DNA of 64,000 nucleotides from an uncultured delta proteobacterium (GTDB lineage: Bacteria; Myxococcota_A; UBA9160; SMWR01). Where the stretch lies: the NCBI GenBank assembly GCA_963832165.1, contig CAWHTE010000004.1:448001-512000 (forward strand), in the 5' to 3' direction. The notes beneath the pieces were generated by a model that made no database searches, was not told the DNA's origin, and saw nothing but the letters and a program-made list of their open reading frames with translations. Within the stretch, counting starts at the first letter, position 1. Each line of letters starts with the position of its first letter. The translations under genes were made by a program, and so were the position numbers. Shown in pieces: positions 11,358-21,801 of the stretch.

Positions 11358-11969
11358 TCAGGGCTCGTCGCCCGGAAGCGGCTCCTCGTGCAGGTTCGAG
11401 AAGCGGAACGGTCCGATGAACGTGAGCACGGTGACATTGCGGTAGTAGCGCGAGGCTTCGGTGGGCGGGACGCGAGCCACCTGCGTGCGGTCCTCGGTCC
11501 AGGCCGACAGCTCGACGCGCGCACGCCCGGTGACCGTGCTCGACTTGTACAGCGAGATGTCGCCGAGCGAGACCGGCATGCCCGGCACCACGAACGGGAC
11601 GCCGTACAGCGTGGACTCCACGTCGACTCCTGCGAACGGCACGACCGCGAGCAGCATGGGTCCGCGCGCGGGAGGGAGCGAGCGCGTGTCGGGCAGCACG
11701 CGAATCTGCGCCTCCGCGAGCCTGTGCTGGAGCCGCGCGCGGATCAGCGCCGTGTCGATGCCCGTGGGCGCGGCGATCTCGAGCACGTAGGGACTGCCCG
11801 GGTCGATCGCGCTCACGTCGATCGCCTCGATAGAGCGGCTCAGCGCGGCGCTCGTCATCTCCTGCTCGATTGCCGCCGCGTTGTGCAGGTCCTTGACCGG
11901 CGAGAAGCAGCCCGTGAACGAGAGCACGAGCGCCGCGGTGCCGCCTGCGGAACGGAGCTTCACGTCCAT
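11358..11969 (-). CDS. Hypothetical lipoprotein
   Basis: Lipobox-like LSFTGC after a hydrophobic stretch; coding-like composition; start uncertain. Confidence 0.6.
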   Translation of the reverse strand: MDVKLRSAGGTAALVLSFTGCFSPVKDLHNAAAIEQEMTSAALSRSIEAIDVSAIDPGSPYVLEIAAPTGIDTALIRARLQHRLAEAQIRVLPDTRSLPPARGPMLLAVVPFAGVDVESTLYGVPFVVPGMPVSLGDISLYKSSTVTGRARVELSAWTEDRTQVARVPPTEASRYYRNVTVLTFIGPFRFSNLHEEPLPGDEP

Positions 11970-12065
11970 CGAGCGCAGCAGAATCCGTGCCACGCGTTGC
12001 GAGCGCCCGGATCGCGAGAGCGGCGGACCACCTGTGATTTGTAGAATCGACCCGCGCTCGCGCGG

Positions 12066-13718
12066 CTACTTCGGGCTCGCGGCCTCGAACATCCGCCGCG
12101 CTTCGGGATAGTCGGCCTTGCCGTTGGGCGCGCGCGGAACGCGCGCGACGAGCACGAGCTGCCTCGGAAGCTTGAAGCTCGCGAGGCGCGTGCGCGCGTC
12201 GAGGACGATCGACTCGACCGTGGCTGCGGCCCCGGGCGCGAGCGAGGCCACGCCGACCACGCACTGTCCGAAGCGCTCGTCGGGAATGCCGAACACCAGC
12301 GCATCTTCGACGGCCGCGTGGCACTTGAGCGCCTCCTCGACCTCCTCGGGAAAGATCTTCTCGCCGCCGCTGTTGATGCAGTTCGATCCGCGCCCGAGCA
12401 GAGTGATCGTGCCGTCCGCCTCGACCGTGGCCATGTCGCCCGCGAAGCCGTATCGGACTCCGTTGATCGTCCGGAACGTGCGCGCGGATTTCTCGGGATC
12501 CTTGTAGTAGCCGATCGGCACCATGCCGCCGTTGGCGACCATGCCGATCTCGCCCGAACCCGGCTTCACGTCGCGCCCGTCTTCGGTGAGCACGCGCGTG
12601 GTGGGATTGGGCCGGAAGCGCGCGGTGTCGGCGCTCGCGCCCGCGCGCACCATCGAGTTGCCCATCCCGCCCTCGGTGGAGCCGAGTACGTCGGCGATCG
12701 CGAGCTCCGGCAGATGGGCGATCATCCGCTGCTTCACGTCGAGCGAGAACATCGCACCCGACGAGACGATCGTGCGCAGGCACGACGCGTCCCAACGGCC
12801 CGGGTTTTCGTCGAGCGCGCGCACCATCGGACGCGCGAAGGCATCGCCCACGATCACGAGCAGGTTGACGCGCTCGCGCGCCACCGTGTCCCAGAGCTCG
12901 ATCGGATCGAGTCCGCGCTTCTCGAGCAATGCCGCGGTTCCGCCGAGCAGGTGCGGCACCATCATGCCGAGCCAGCAGCCCGTGCCGTGCATGAGCGGCG
13001 GTCCCGACATCGAGACGGTCGACTCGCCCGCTGCGCGCTGCTTCTGCGCGAGCGCGGGCAGCTCGTCGGCAGAGCCGAGCTTTGCGAGCCCGATCATCTG
13101 CGGGTAGGTCTTGAGGAAGAAGAGCGTGAAGTCGCTCATCGCGTACATCACGCCCTTCGGCATGCCGGTCGTGCCGCCCGTGTAGAGCATGTAGATCTCG
13201 TCGCCCTGGGGAGGAATGCGTGCGGCCGGCTCGAGCGTCTCTTGCAGCTCCTCGTAGCGCAGCGCTCCGTCGACGTGCCGGGAGCCATCGGGCGCGGGAC
13301 CGTCCTCCACCTCGACGAGCAGTCGCAGCTTGGGCAGCCCGGATCGCACGCGCGCAACCCGATCGCCGAGCGAGGTGTGGAAGACCAGCGCCTCGGTGTC
13401 GGCGTTCTCGAGCAGGTAGGCGAGTTCCCGGTCGAGATAGCGGTAGTTCACGTTGATCGGGACGCCGCGGATCTTGATCGCAGCGAAGTTCGTCTCGCAG
13501 TATTCCGGGGAGTTGTAGAGGTACATCCCCACCTTGCTGTGCGGTCCGAGCCCCGCCTCCAGGAGGGCGTGGGCGAGCCGGGCCGAGCGCTGCTCGTAGC
13601 TGCGCCAGGTCAGCCGGCGCGGGCCCTGGACCACGGCCGGCGCGTCGGGAACGGCGTCCGCGATCGCCTCCCAGATGGCTCCAAAATGTGTCAGCACGGC
13701 GCCGGGATCCTGCCACAC
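12066..13718 (-). CDS. Acyl-CoA synthetase (FadD19-like)
   Basis: YTGGTTGMPKGVM, PPLMHG and GRGSNCINSGGEKIFPEEVEEALK. True start may lie a few codons downstream. Confidence 0.9.
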   Translation of the reverse strand: MWQDPGAVLTHFGAIWEAIADAVPDAPAVVQGPRRLTWRSYEQRSARLAHALLEAGLGPHSKVGMYLYNSPEYCETNFAAIKIRGVPINVNYRYLDRELAYLLENADTEALVFHTSLGDRVARVRSGLPKLRLLVEVEDGPAPDGSRHVDGALRYEELQETLEPAARIPPQGDEIYMLYTGGTTGMPKGVMYAMSDFTLFFLKTYPQMIGLAKLGSADELPALAQKQRAAGESTVSMSGPPLMHGTGCWLGMMVPHLLGGTAALLEKRGLDPIELWDTVARERVNLLVIVGDAFARPMVRALDENPGRWDASCLRTIVSSGAMFSLDVKQRMIAHLPELAIADVLGSTEGGMGNSMVRAGASADTARFRPNPTTRVLTEDGRDVKPGSGEIGMVANGGMVPIGYYKDPEKSARTFRTINGVRYGFAGDMATVEADGTITLLGRGSNCINSGGEKIFPEEVEEALKCHAAVEDALVFGIPDERFGQCVVGVASLAPGAAATVESIVLDARTRLASFKLPRQLVLVARVPRAPNGKADYPEARRMFEAASPK

Positions 13719-13895
13719 GCTGCCGGTGGAGATCTACAGAGTGGTGGACGAGTCGATCCAGCTGGCAGTACCCTGCAGTCAGTACCGAAATGCCCCAGGG
13801 CGTGTTCAGCGCCCGAACATGCCCGCGTCCGCTTCCGCTGGCTCTGAAGAAGCGCGGGGGAGCGCCCTCCCTCGTTGCGCAGAGGAGGATCTGAC

Positions 13896-14552
13896 ATGCG
13901 GCTCGTTCAAATCGTTCTGGTACTCGGTTCGTTTCTCGTGGTGGGCTGTGCGACCAATGACCAACCGCGCGTAGATGCCGCGGGTCTCGTCCGGATCACG
14001 TCGTGGGAGCCGGGCAACATCTACGCGCATCCGGAGCGCTCGATCGACCACTACGACGACATCCTGCTCACCGACGTGGCCCTCTCGTACGGCCCCAATC
14101 AGAAGCCGCTGTCCCAGGACGACCAGCAGCGCCTGCGCATGATGGCGTTCGAAATCGTGGCGAGGCAGATCCCCGCGGCGGGACAGCTCGCCGTGAGCAA
14201 GCCCGGCCCGTGTACCGTGAAGCTCGGCGTCGAGCTCAATCAGCTCGAGTTCTCGGGCTCGGGCTCGTCCAGAAACGGCTCCACCGCGGTGCACATCGAG
14301 TTTCGCGACTCGCTGAACAACGATCCGATCGTGCGCTACGAGCAGCGCCGCGAGCTGTCGCTCGCGGGCACGACGACGAAGGGCCCCGAACTGGAGCGGC
14401 TCGGAGCGACGCTGGAGATCGTGGCCGAGGACGTGCGCTTGCGGCTGCGAGACGCGCTCCCGCTGGCCGAGTCCCACGCGCGCGCGAGCGAGGGCTGCAA
14501 GGGTAGGATCGGCGAGGTGAGGAAGCAGACGAAGGCGGCGAAGGCCGGATGA
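13896..14552 (+). CDS. Lipoprotein, possibly DUF3313-like (paralog 1)
   Basis: GAGGAGG RBS; lipobox VVGC; clear similarity to the next gene. Confidence 0.7.
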   Translation: MRLVQIVLVLGSFLVVGCATNDQPRVDAAGLVRITSWEPGNIYAHPERSIDHYDDILLTDVALSYGPNQKPLSQDDQQRLRMMAFEIVARQIPAAGQLAVSKPGPCTVKLGVELNQLEFSGSGSSRNGSTAVHIEFRDSLNNDPIVRYEQRRELSLAGTTTKGPELERLGATLEIVAEDVRLRLRDALPLAESHARASEGCKGRIGEVRKQTKAAKAG

Positions 14553-15202
14553 AAAGACGAGCTCGCGCGCTCGCCGCGCTGCTGTTGATCTGGGTCGGCT
14601 GTGCCGGCGCGCGCGAGCCCGTGCGCGACTCGTCGGGCCTCGTCCGCGTCGAGTCGTCGAGGCGCGGGAACGTGTTTGCGCACGAATCGCGCTCGATCGA
14701 CGACTACGACGGCATCTGGCTCGCCGAGGTCGGCCTCCAGTACGCCCCGGGGCAGACACCGCTCTCCGACGAGGACGCGCAGCGCCTCCGCAAGTTCCTG
14801 TTCGACAGCCAGATGGCGCACTTCCCGATCGCCGAATCGCTAGCGGTCGAAGAAGTGGGTCCGTGCACCCTGAAGCTGGCCGTCCACCTCGTGGCGCTGG
14901 AGTTTCCGCAGATCGAGATGGGGCAGCGCCGGAACGGCTCGGCCACGGTGGTTGTTGAGTTCCGCGACTCGCAGACCGAGGAGCCTCTGCTGCGCTACGG
15001 ACAGCGCCGTGAGCTGCGCACGAGTGCCATGCGGCGAGGGGCGCCGGACCTCGATCGCCTCGAAGAGGTGCTGCGGCCCGTGTTCGAGGACGCCACCCCG
15101 TCCGTCAGCGAAGCGCTGCCCGTGAACGCGCACGGTGCGCGCGCGAGTGTCGGCTGCAAGGGTGCGATCGGAGTGATCAGGGCGACCGACGCGAAGAGCT
15201 AG
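14549..15202 (+). CDS. Lipoprotein, possibly DUF3313-like (paralog 2)
   Basis: ATGA overlap with the previous gene; lipobox WVGC; shared motifs with paralog 1. Confidence 0.7.
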   Translation: MKRRARALAALLLIWVGCAGAREPVRDSSGLVRVESSRRGNVFAHESRSIDDYDGIWLAEVGLQYAPGQTPLSDEDAQRLRKFLFDSQMAHFPIAESLAVEEVGPCTLKLAVHLVALEFPQIEMGQRRNGSATVVVEFRDSQTEEPLLRYGQRRELRTSAMRRGAPDLDRLEEVLRPVFEDATPSVSEALPVNAHGARASVGCKGAIGVIRATDAKS

Positions 15203-15298
15203 CCGCGATCGCTGCGCTCGATCTCGACGGGCGCGTCTCCGCCCTGCCGTGACCCGGGTGGATCGTTATACCATCCTCAGTCCTCCGGAGGGCGATCG

Positions 15299-16807
15299 AT
15301 GAATCTGATGATGCTGCTCGAGATGACGGCGTCGGGGTTTCCCGACCGGGTCGTCCTCACGCACGCCAAGGACCAGCTCCGCGCTTCCGAGCTCTACGCC
15401 GCCGCGGGCTGTGCGGCCGCACAGATCAGGGCTTCGGGCGCCGAGAAGGCCGCGTTTCTCGACGTGAGCGGCCCCGCGCTGCCCGTCGCCCTGTTCGCGA
15501 GCGCGTGGGCCGGAGTGCCGTTCGTGCCGCTCAACTATCGCCTGACCGGCGCCGAGCTCGATCGCCTGATCGAACAGATCCACCCGTGCTACCTCGTGGC
15601 CGACGCGGAGCGCGCGCGCGAGCTCGACCAGCGCGACGGCGTGCACGCGATCTCGAGCGGCGACTTCCTCGCGAGCGCGCGCAGCGGCACCGCGTGCGAC
15701 GCCGACTGGCGCATGGAGGCGGACGACATCGCGGTGCTGCTGTTCACGAGCGGTACCACGGGGCCGCCCAAGGCGGCCGTGCTGCGCCACAAGCACCTCG
15801 TCTCCTACATCCTGGGCACGGTGGAGTTCGCGAGTGCGCCCGAGGATGCGGCCGCGCTGTCGTGCGTTCCGCCGTATCACATTGCGGGAGTGTCGGCGAT
15901 CGTGAGCTCGCTCTACTCGGGCCGGCGGATCGTGCAGCTTTCCAACTTCGACGCCGACGCGTGGATCGATCTCGTGCGCGACGAGGGCGTCACGAATGCG
16001 TTCGTCGTGCCGACGATGCTCGCGCGGATCGTCGAGGCGCTCGAGAAGCGCGGCGGAGTTCCGCTGCCGACGCTGCGCGCGATCTCGTACGGCGGTGGCA
16101 AGATGCCGCTGCCCGTGATCGAGCGCGCCATGCGGTCGTTCCCGCCGCATACGGATTTCACGAACGCCTACGGCCTCACCGAGACCAGCTCGACGCTCAC
16201 GGTGCTCGGACCCGAAGACCACCGGACGGCTTGCGCGAGCGAAACGCCCGAGGTGCGCCAGCGTCTCGCCTCGGTGGGTCGCGCGCTGCCGGGTGTGGAG
16301 ATCGAGATCCGCGACGCGGACGGAAAGCCGGTCGGGCCGCGCGAGCGCGGTGAGATCTGCGTGCGCGGCGAGCAGGTGTCCGGCGAGTATCTCGGCAAGG
16401 GCAGCCGCGTCGGCAGCGATGGCTTCTTCCCGACGCGCGACGGGGGCTGGATCGACGAGGAGGGCTATCTCTTCCTCGAGGGACGCGCCGACGACATCAT
16501 CGTGCGCGGCGGCGAGAACATGTCGCCGGGCGAGATCGAGGAGGTGCTGATCGAGCATCCCGCGGTGGCGGACTGCGCCGTCGTCGGTGTGCCCGACGAG
16601 CAATGGGGTGAGGCCGTGGCGGCGGCGATCGTGCTGAAGCCGGGCGCGAGCGCAGGGGCCGACGAGCTGCGCGACTTCGTGAAGCAGCGCCTGCGCTCCT
16701 CGCGCGCGCCGCAATACATCGCGTTCCGCGCCGAGCTGCCCTACAACGAGACCGGCAAGCTCTTGCGGCGCATCGTACGCGAGGATCTCGCGCGCGAAGC
16801 TAACTGA
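15299..16807 (+). CDS. Acyl-CoA synthetase / AMP-binding enzyme
   Basis: FTSGTTGPPK, NAYGLTET, TRDGG and GGENMSPGEIE. Confidence 0.92.
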   Translation: MNLMMLLEMTASGFPDRVVLTHAKDQLRASELYAAAGCAAAQIRASGAEKAAFLDVSGPALPVALFASAWAGVPFVPLNYRLTGAELDRLIEQIHPCYLVADAERARELDQRDGVHAISSGDFLASARSGTACDADWRMEADDIAVLLFTSGTTGPPKAAVLRHKHLVSYILGTVEFASAPEDAAALSCVPPYHIAGVSAIVSSLYSGRRIVQLSNFDADAWIDLVRDEGVTNAFVVPTMLARIVEALEKRGGVPLPTLRAISYGGGKMPLPVIERAMRSFPPHTDFTNAYGLTETSSTLTVLGPEDHRTACASETPEVRQRLASVGRALPGVEIEIRDADGKPVGPRERGEICVRGEQVSGEYLGKGSRVGSDGFFPTRDGGWIDEEGYLFLEGRADDIIVRGGENMSPGEIEEVLIEHPAVADCAVVGVPDEQWGEAVAAAIVLKPGASAGADELRDFVKQRLRSSRAPQYIAFRAELPYNETGKLLRRIVREDLAREAN

Positions 16808-17990
16808 CGACGATCACAGACGAGCCGTGGCCGAACAGGCCCTGGTTCGCCGTGATGCCGACCTTCGCGTTCGCGACCTGACGCTCGCCGGCCTGGCCGC
16901 GCAGCTGCCACGCGAGCTCGCACACCTGCGCGATCGCCTGGGCGGGCACCGCTTCGCCGAAGCAGCCGAGGCCGCCCGAGACGTTCACGGGAATCCGGCC
17001 GCCGATCGCGGTGTCACCGCCGCGCAGCAGGCGCTCAGCTTCGCCGGGCTTGCACAGGCCGATGTTCTCGTACCAGTCGAGCTCGAGCGCCGACGAGAGG
17101 TCGTAGACCTCCGCGAGCGACAGATCCTCGGGCCCGAGTCCGGCCTCTTCGTACGCGGCGGTGGCGATCGAATCCTTGAATCCGCGATCGGGCGCTGCGA
17201 CGCCCGCGGCCGAATCGGTCGCGAACTTCGGCATGTCGATGAACGTGTCCGGGTAGGTCGGCGTGATCGTCGAGACCGCTGCAATGCGCGGGAAGCGCGT
17301 CGCGTGTCGGCGCGCGTACTCGAGGCTCGAGAGCACGAGTGCCGCACCGCCGTCGCTCGTGGCGCAGATGTCGAGCAGGCGCAGCGGCTCGGACACGAAC
17401 GGCGACGCGAGCACCTCGTCCTCGGTGTAGAGCTTCTTGAAGCGTGCGTTCGGATTTGCGAGTCCGTGGCGGCTGTTCTTCACCTTCACGTTCGCGAAGT
17501 CGCGTTCCGTGGCGCCGAACAGATCCATGCGCCGGCGCGCATAGAGGCCGAAGTAGGTCGGGTTGGTGGCGCCGAGCAGGCGGAAGCGCAGCCAGTCGGG
17601 ATCGAGCACGCGCTCGCCCTTGTTCGGCGCGAGGAAGCCCTTCGGTGTGGTGTCGGCGCCGACCACGAGCGCCACGTCGCAGAGGCCGGCGAGGATGCGC
17701 GTGCGCGCGGCCTCGATCGCCTGGGTTCCGGAGGCGCACGCGGCGTAGGTGCTCGCGATCGGGATGCCCGTGTAGCCGAGCGCCTGCGCGAAGCTCGACG
17801 CCGCGACGAAGCCCGGGTAGCCGTTGCGGATCGTCTCGCCCGCGGCGAGGAACTGCACCTCGCGAATGTCGATGCTCGCGTCGGCGAGCGCGGCCTGCGC
17901 CGCGTGCACGCCGTACTCGACGAAGTTGCGCCCCCACTTGCCCCAGGGATGCATGCCGACGCCCAGGATCGCGACTTCGTGTTGGCTCAT
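16800..17990 (-). CDS. SCP2-type thiolase / lipid-transfer-protein-family enzyme
   Basis: GVGMHPWGKWG, ACASG, CATSDGGAA and NVSGGL...GEAVPAQA. Confidence 0.9.
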   Translation of the reverse strand: MSQHEVAILGVGMHPWGKWGRNFVEYGVHAAQAALADASIDIREVQFLAAGETIRNGYPGFVAASSFAQALGYTGIPIASTYAACASGTQAIEAARTRILAGLCDVALVVGADTTPKGFLAPNKGERVLDPDWLRFRLLGATNPTYFGLYARRRMDLFGATERDFANVKVKNSRHGLANPNARFKKLYTEDEVLASPFVSEPLRLLDICATSDGGAALVLSSLEYARRHATRFPRIAAVSTITPTYPDTFIDMPKFATDSAAGVAAPDRGFKDSIATAAYEEAGLGPEDLSLAEVYDLSSALELDWYENIGLCKPGEAERLLRGGDTAIGGRIPVNVSGGLGCFGEAVPAQAIAQVCELAWQLRGQAGERQVANAKVGITANQGLFGHGSSVIVVS

Positions 17991-18005
17991 GAGTTCCTCT
18001 GCTTC

Positions 18006-18085
18006 GTAGGGCGGGAGGAGCCGAAGGCGGATCCCGCCATTGCAGCGGTCGGAATGGCGGGATCGCTTTCGCTCTCCCGCCCTAC
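18006..18085. repeat. GTAG-type REP doublet (REPIN-like), copy 1
   Basis: GTAGGGCGGGA...ATCCCGCCATT...AATGGCGGGATC...TCCCGCCCTAC forms a nested inverted repeat; second copy at 61857. Confidence 0.8.
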
Positions 18086-18519
18086 GAGTTCCCGACCGGC
18101 TTCCATTTCCAGATCATGTGCTCGGCCGCTTCGTCCTCGAACAGCGTGTCGAGCACGAGCTCCATCTCCATCCCGACCTCGAGACTCTCGGGGTCGACGC
18201 CCGGCGCGAGCTGGCCGAGCACGACCATCCGCTCGTCGGCGAGCTCCACCGCGGCGACCGTGTAGGGCACGAACGGGTCGGGCGAGACGTAGGGATCGGG
18301 CGGCTGATAGTGATTGGTCGTATACGACCAGAGCCGGCCCGTGCGCGAGAGCGGCACCTCCTCGAGCTGCGCGCCCGCGCGTCCCGGCGCCGCGGAGACC
18401 GCGACGTCCTTCGGGAAGAAGTAGCTGCCGCTGCCGGGGTCGCGCAGACCGAGCAGACGCGGCTGCGCGTCCATCGTGAACCAGTTCTCGATCGCGGGGA
18501 CGCGGGGCTTGGGGGACAT
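18082..18519 (-). CDS. OB-fold (DUF35/ChsH2-like) partner of the thiolase
   Basis: LSRTGRLWSYT...PPDPY...VAAVELADERMVVLGQL...LEVGMEMELV; directly upstream of the thiolase. Confidence 0.85.
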   Translation of the reverse strand: MSPKPRVPAIENWFTMDAQPRLLGLRDPGSGSYFFPKDVAVSAAPGRAGAQLEEVPLSRTGRLWSYTTNHYQPPDPYVSPDPFVPYTVAAVELADERMVVLGQLAPGVDPESLEVGMEMELVLDTLFEDEAAEHMIWKWKPVGNS

Positions 18520-18622
18520 GGAAACCCTCTCGCGGGATTCGACTGTGTAGCAAGCGGGGGGCGGCCGCCGCGACTCGGCCGCCTGTCCTAGAGTGGGCTT
18601 CCCGCTGCGCAAGGAGCCCCCG

Positions 18623-20232
18623 ATGCGATCTCCCCTCTCCGACCTCGAAGCCGTGGCGGCGTACCAGATGGCCGGCCAGGACGTCGGCTGGCTCTTGCGC
18701 CACTGGGCCGCCGTGAAGCCCGACCACGCGTTCCTGATCTGGGAGCCGCGCGACGGACGCGATCGCACCTGGACCTACGCGCAGTTCCTCGCCGAGGCGC
18801 GCGCGATCGGCGCGGGCCTCGCACGGCGCGGGGTGGGCAAGGGCGACAGCGTGATGATCCACGCCGACAACTGCCCCGAGATGGTGCTCGCGTGGTACGG
18901 GTGCGCGCTGCTCGGCGCCGTCGCCGTCACGACGAACACCAAGAGCGCGGGTCCCGAGGTGGAGTACTTCGCCGATCACGCGCGCTGCGTCGCCGCGATC
19001 ACGCAGCCGCAGCACGCGGATCTCGTGGCCGCGCACGCGCGGCACCTGAAGTGGATCGCCGTGACCGAGGACGACAGCGGCGAGCCCGCACCGCCGCGCG
19101 CACGCGCGGAGGGCGGTGCGGAGCGCATCGCGTTCGCGGATCTCGTCGGCGACGCCGCAGCGCTGCCCGAGCGACCCGCCGAGCCGATGCTGCCGGTGGG
19201 GATCATGTTCACCTCGGGCACGACGTCGCGCCCGAAGGCGGTCGTGCACACGCACGCGAACGTGATCTGGGCGTCGCGCGTCGGCCCCGACAACATCGCG
19301 CTCGGCGGCGACGACCGGTACATGATCTACACGCCGTTCTTCCACGTGAACGCGCAGAGCTGGGCGACCTGGAGCGCGCTCGGCGTCGGCGCCACGATCG
19401 TGCTCACGCCGAAGTGGTCGGCCACGCGCTTCTGGGACGTGGTGACCAAGCACGACGTCACGCACTTCTCGGTGATGGGCTTCACGATGCAGGCGATCAT
19501 CGGCAAGCCGATTCCGCCCAACCAGCTCAAGGTCGGTGTGTTCGGTCTCACCATGCCGCCGCTCGAGAAGATGGTCGGCTTCCGGCTCACCTCGAACTGG
19601 GGCATGACCGAGACGGTCACCCACGCGACACGAAACCAGCTCGCGCAGGACTATCCCGCCGGCACGATGGGACGGCCCACGCCCGGATACGAGTTCCTCG
19701 TCGTGAACAACGAGACGAACGAGATCTGTGCGCCCGGCGAGATCGGCGAGCTGTGGGTGCGCGGTCGGCGCGGGATCCAGCTCTTCCTCGAGTACCTCGA
19801 CAACCCCGAGGCGAACGCCAAGGCGTTCACGAGGACGGCTGGTTCAAGACCGGCGATCTCGTCTCGCTCTCGCAGGACGGCTTCCTCTACTTCAAGGACC
19901 GCGACAAGGACGCGCTCAAGGTCGGCGGCGAGAACGTCTCGGCGAAGGAGGTCGAGGACGTGTGCCGCACCGTGCCCGGCATCGCCGACGTCGCGGTGGT
20001 CGGGCAGAAGCACGACTTCCTCGGACAGCAGGCGGTGGCGTTCGTGATCCCGGCGCCGAACGCGCCGGCGGACCTCGGCGACCAGATCATGAAGGCGTGC
20101 GCCGCGCGGCTCGCGGGCTTCAAGTGCCCGAAGGCGGTTTACCTGGTCGACGAGTTCCCGCGCGCGACGCTCGAGAAGGTCGCGAAGAACAAGCTGCGCG
20201 AAATCGCGGATTCGTACGTCGAGGCGCGCTAG
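18623..20232 (+). CDS. Acyl-CoA synthetase (CaiC-like; frameshift near 19830)
   Basis: FTSGTTSRPK and WGMTET, continuing in another frame as DGWFKTGD...DRDKDALKVGGENVS. Confidence 0.88.
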
Positions 20233-20239
20233 GCGCGGA

Positions 20240-21758
20240 TCAGATCCGGCGGCTGCGACCCGCCCAGTACGGATCGCGCAGCTTGCGCAGGTAGAGCTTG
20301 CCCGAGGCGTGGCGGGGCAGGGCGGCCTCGAAGTCGATCGAGCGCGGCACCTTGTAGCCCGCGAGGCGGTCGCGCGACCAGCGCAGGATCTCACCCGCGA
20401 GCGCGTCGCTCGCGGCGAACCCGGCTCGCAGCTCGATCGCGGCCTTCACGCTCTCGCCCCAGTCGTCGTCGGGGATGCCGAAGACGGCGACATCTGCGAC
20501 GGCGGGATGTTCGTGCAGGACGGACTCGATCTCCGCGGGGTAGATGTTCACGCCGCCCGAGATGATCGTGTGCGACTGGCGGTCCGCGAGGTAGACCCAG
20601 CCCTCGGCGTCGACGCGGCCGATGTCGCCGATCGTGAACGAGTGCGCGTCGAGGTAGCTCGACGCGGTCTTCTCGGGCGCACCGTGATACTCGAACAGCT
20701 GCGGCGTGGTGCGGTGGCGCGCGTAGAGCAGGCCGTTCTCGCCCGTGGGCAGACGGCGCCCGTCGCCGTCGGTCGCGAACACATCGAACGCGGGCAGCAC
20801 TCTCCCGACCGTCTCCGGGTGGTCGAGCCAATCCTGCGACGAGGCCAGCGTGATCACGCCGCTCTCGGTCGCGCCCCAGTACTCCACGAGCACGGGGCCC
20901 CACCAGTCGATCATGCGCTGCTTGGTCGCGCGCGCGATCGGCGCCGCGCCGTGCAGTGCGACGCTGCAGTGCGGGAGCGTCGAACGCCGCGCGCTCTTCG
21001 TCGGGCAGCTGCAAGAGACGCGTGAACATCGTCGGCACGAGATGAGTCGAGCCGACCTCGCGCTCGCGCAGCAGCGCGAGCGCGGACCTCTCTTCCCAGC
21101 GCGGCATCACGAGGATCGGCGCGCCCGCGGTCTGCGCGTAGACCGCGTACATGAGCGGCGCCGCGTGATAGCACGGCCCCGTGATCAGGTGCGGGCCGGG
21201 CGCGTCGACTCCGATCGCGCGCGCGTAGGCGACCTGCGCGTCGCGGGCTGCGGCGAGCGTTGCCGCGCGGTGCCGCTTCACTCCCTTGGGCCGGCCGGTC
21301 GTACCGCTCGTGTAGATCATCGGTCCGCCCGCGGGAGCATCGGGCTTCTGCGGCGCGTCCGACGCGGAGCGCAGACCGGCTTCGAGCTCCTCGCCCACGA
21401 CGACCACGGCCGCGCTCGAGTTCACTTCGCGCGCGAGCGCCGCGTGCGGCTCGTCGACGAACAGCACGCGCGCGCCCGAATCCGCGATCACGTAGGCGAT
21501 CTCGTCGCGCGTGAGGTGCCAGTTGATCGGCGTGAGCCACACACCCGCCTGGATGCCCGCGATCATGAGCTCGACGCACTCGGCGCGATTGCCCGACAGC
21601 ACCGCGACGTGATCGCCCGGGCGCGCGCCGAGCGCGCCGATCCAGTTCGCGAGCCGGGCGGTGCGATCGGCGAGCTCGGCCCACGTGCGTCGGCGGACGC
21701 CGTCGTCGAGCGCGAGGTCGTTCGGATGGGCTCGGGCGAGCTCCGTGTGCAGCACCAC
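20240..21758 (-). CDS. Acyl-CoA synthetase (frameshift near 20965)
   Basis: YTSGTTGRPKGV and YHAAP, then EYWGATE, TIGDIG and ISGGVNIYPAEIE. Confidence 0.88.
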
Positions 21759-21801
21759 GGCAGTTTACAGAACGGTACGTCTCGTTATATGATTGGCTGC
21801 C

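Noticed and set aside
21760..21800. KstR/KstR2 operator upstream of ipdA
   Set aside because: The imperfect palindrome (AACGGTACGTCTCGTT) does not match TnnAACnnGTTnnA or AnCAAGnnCTTGnT.
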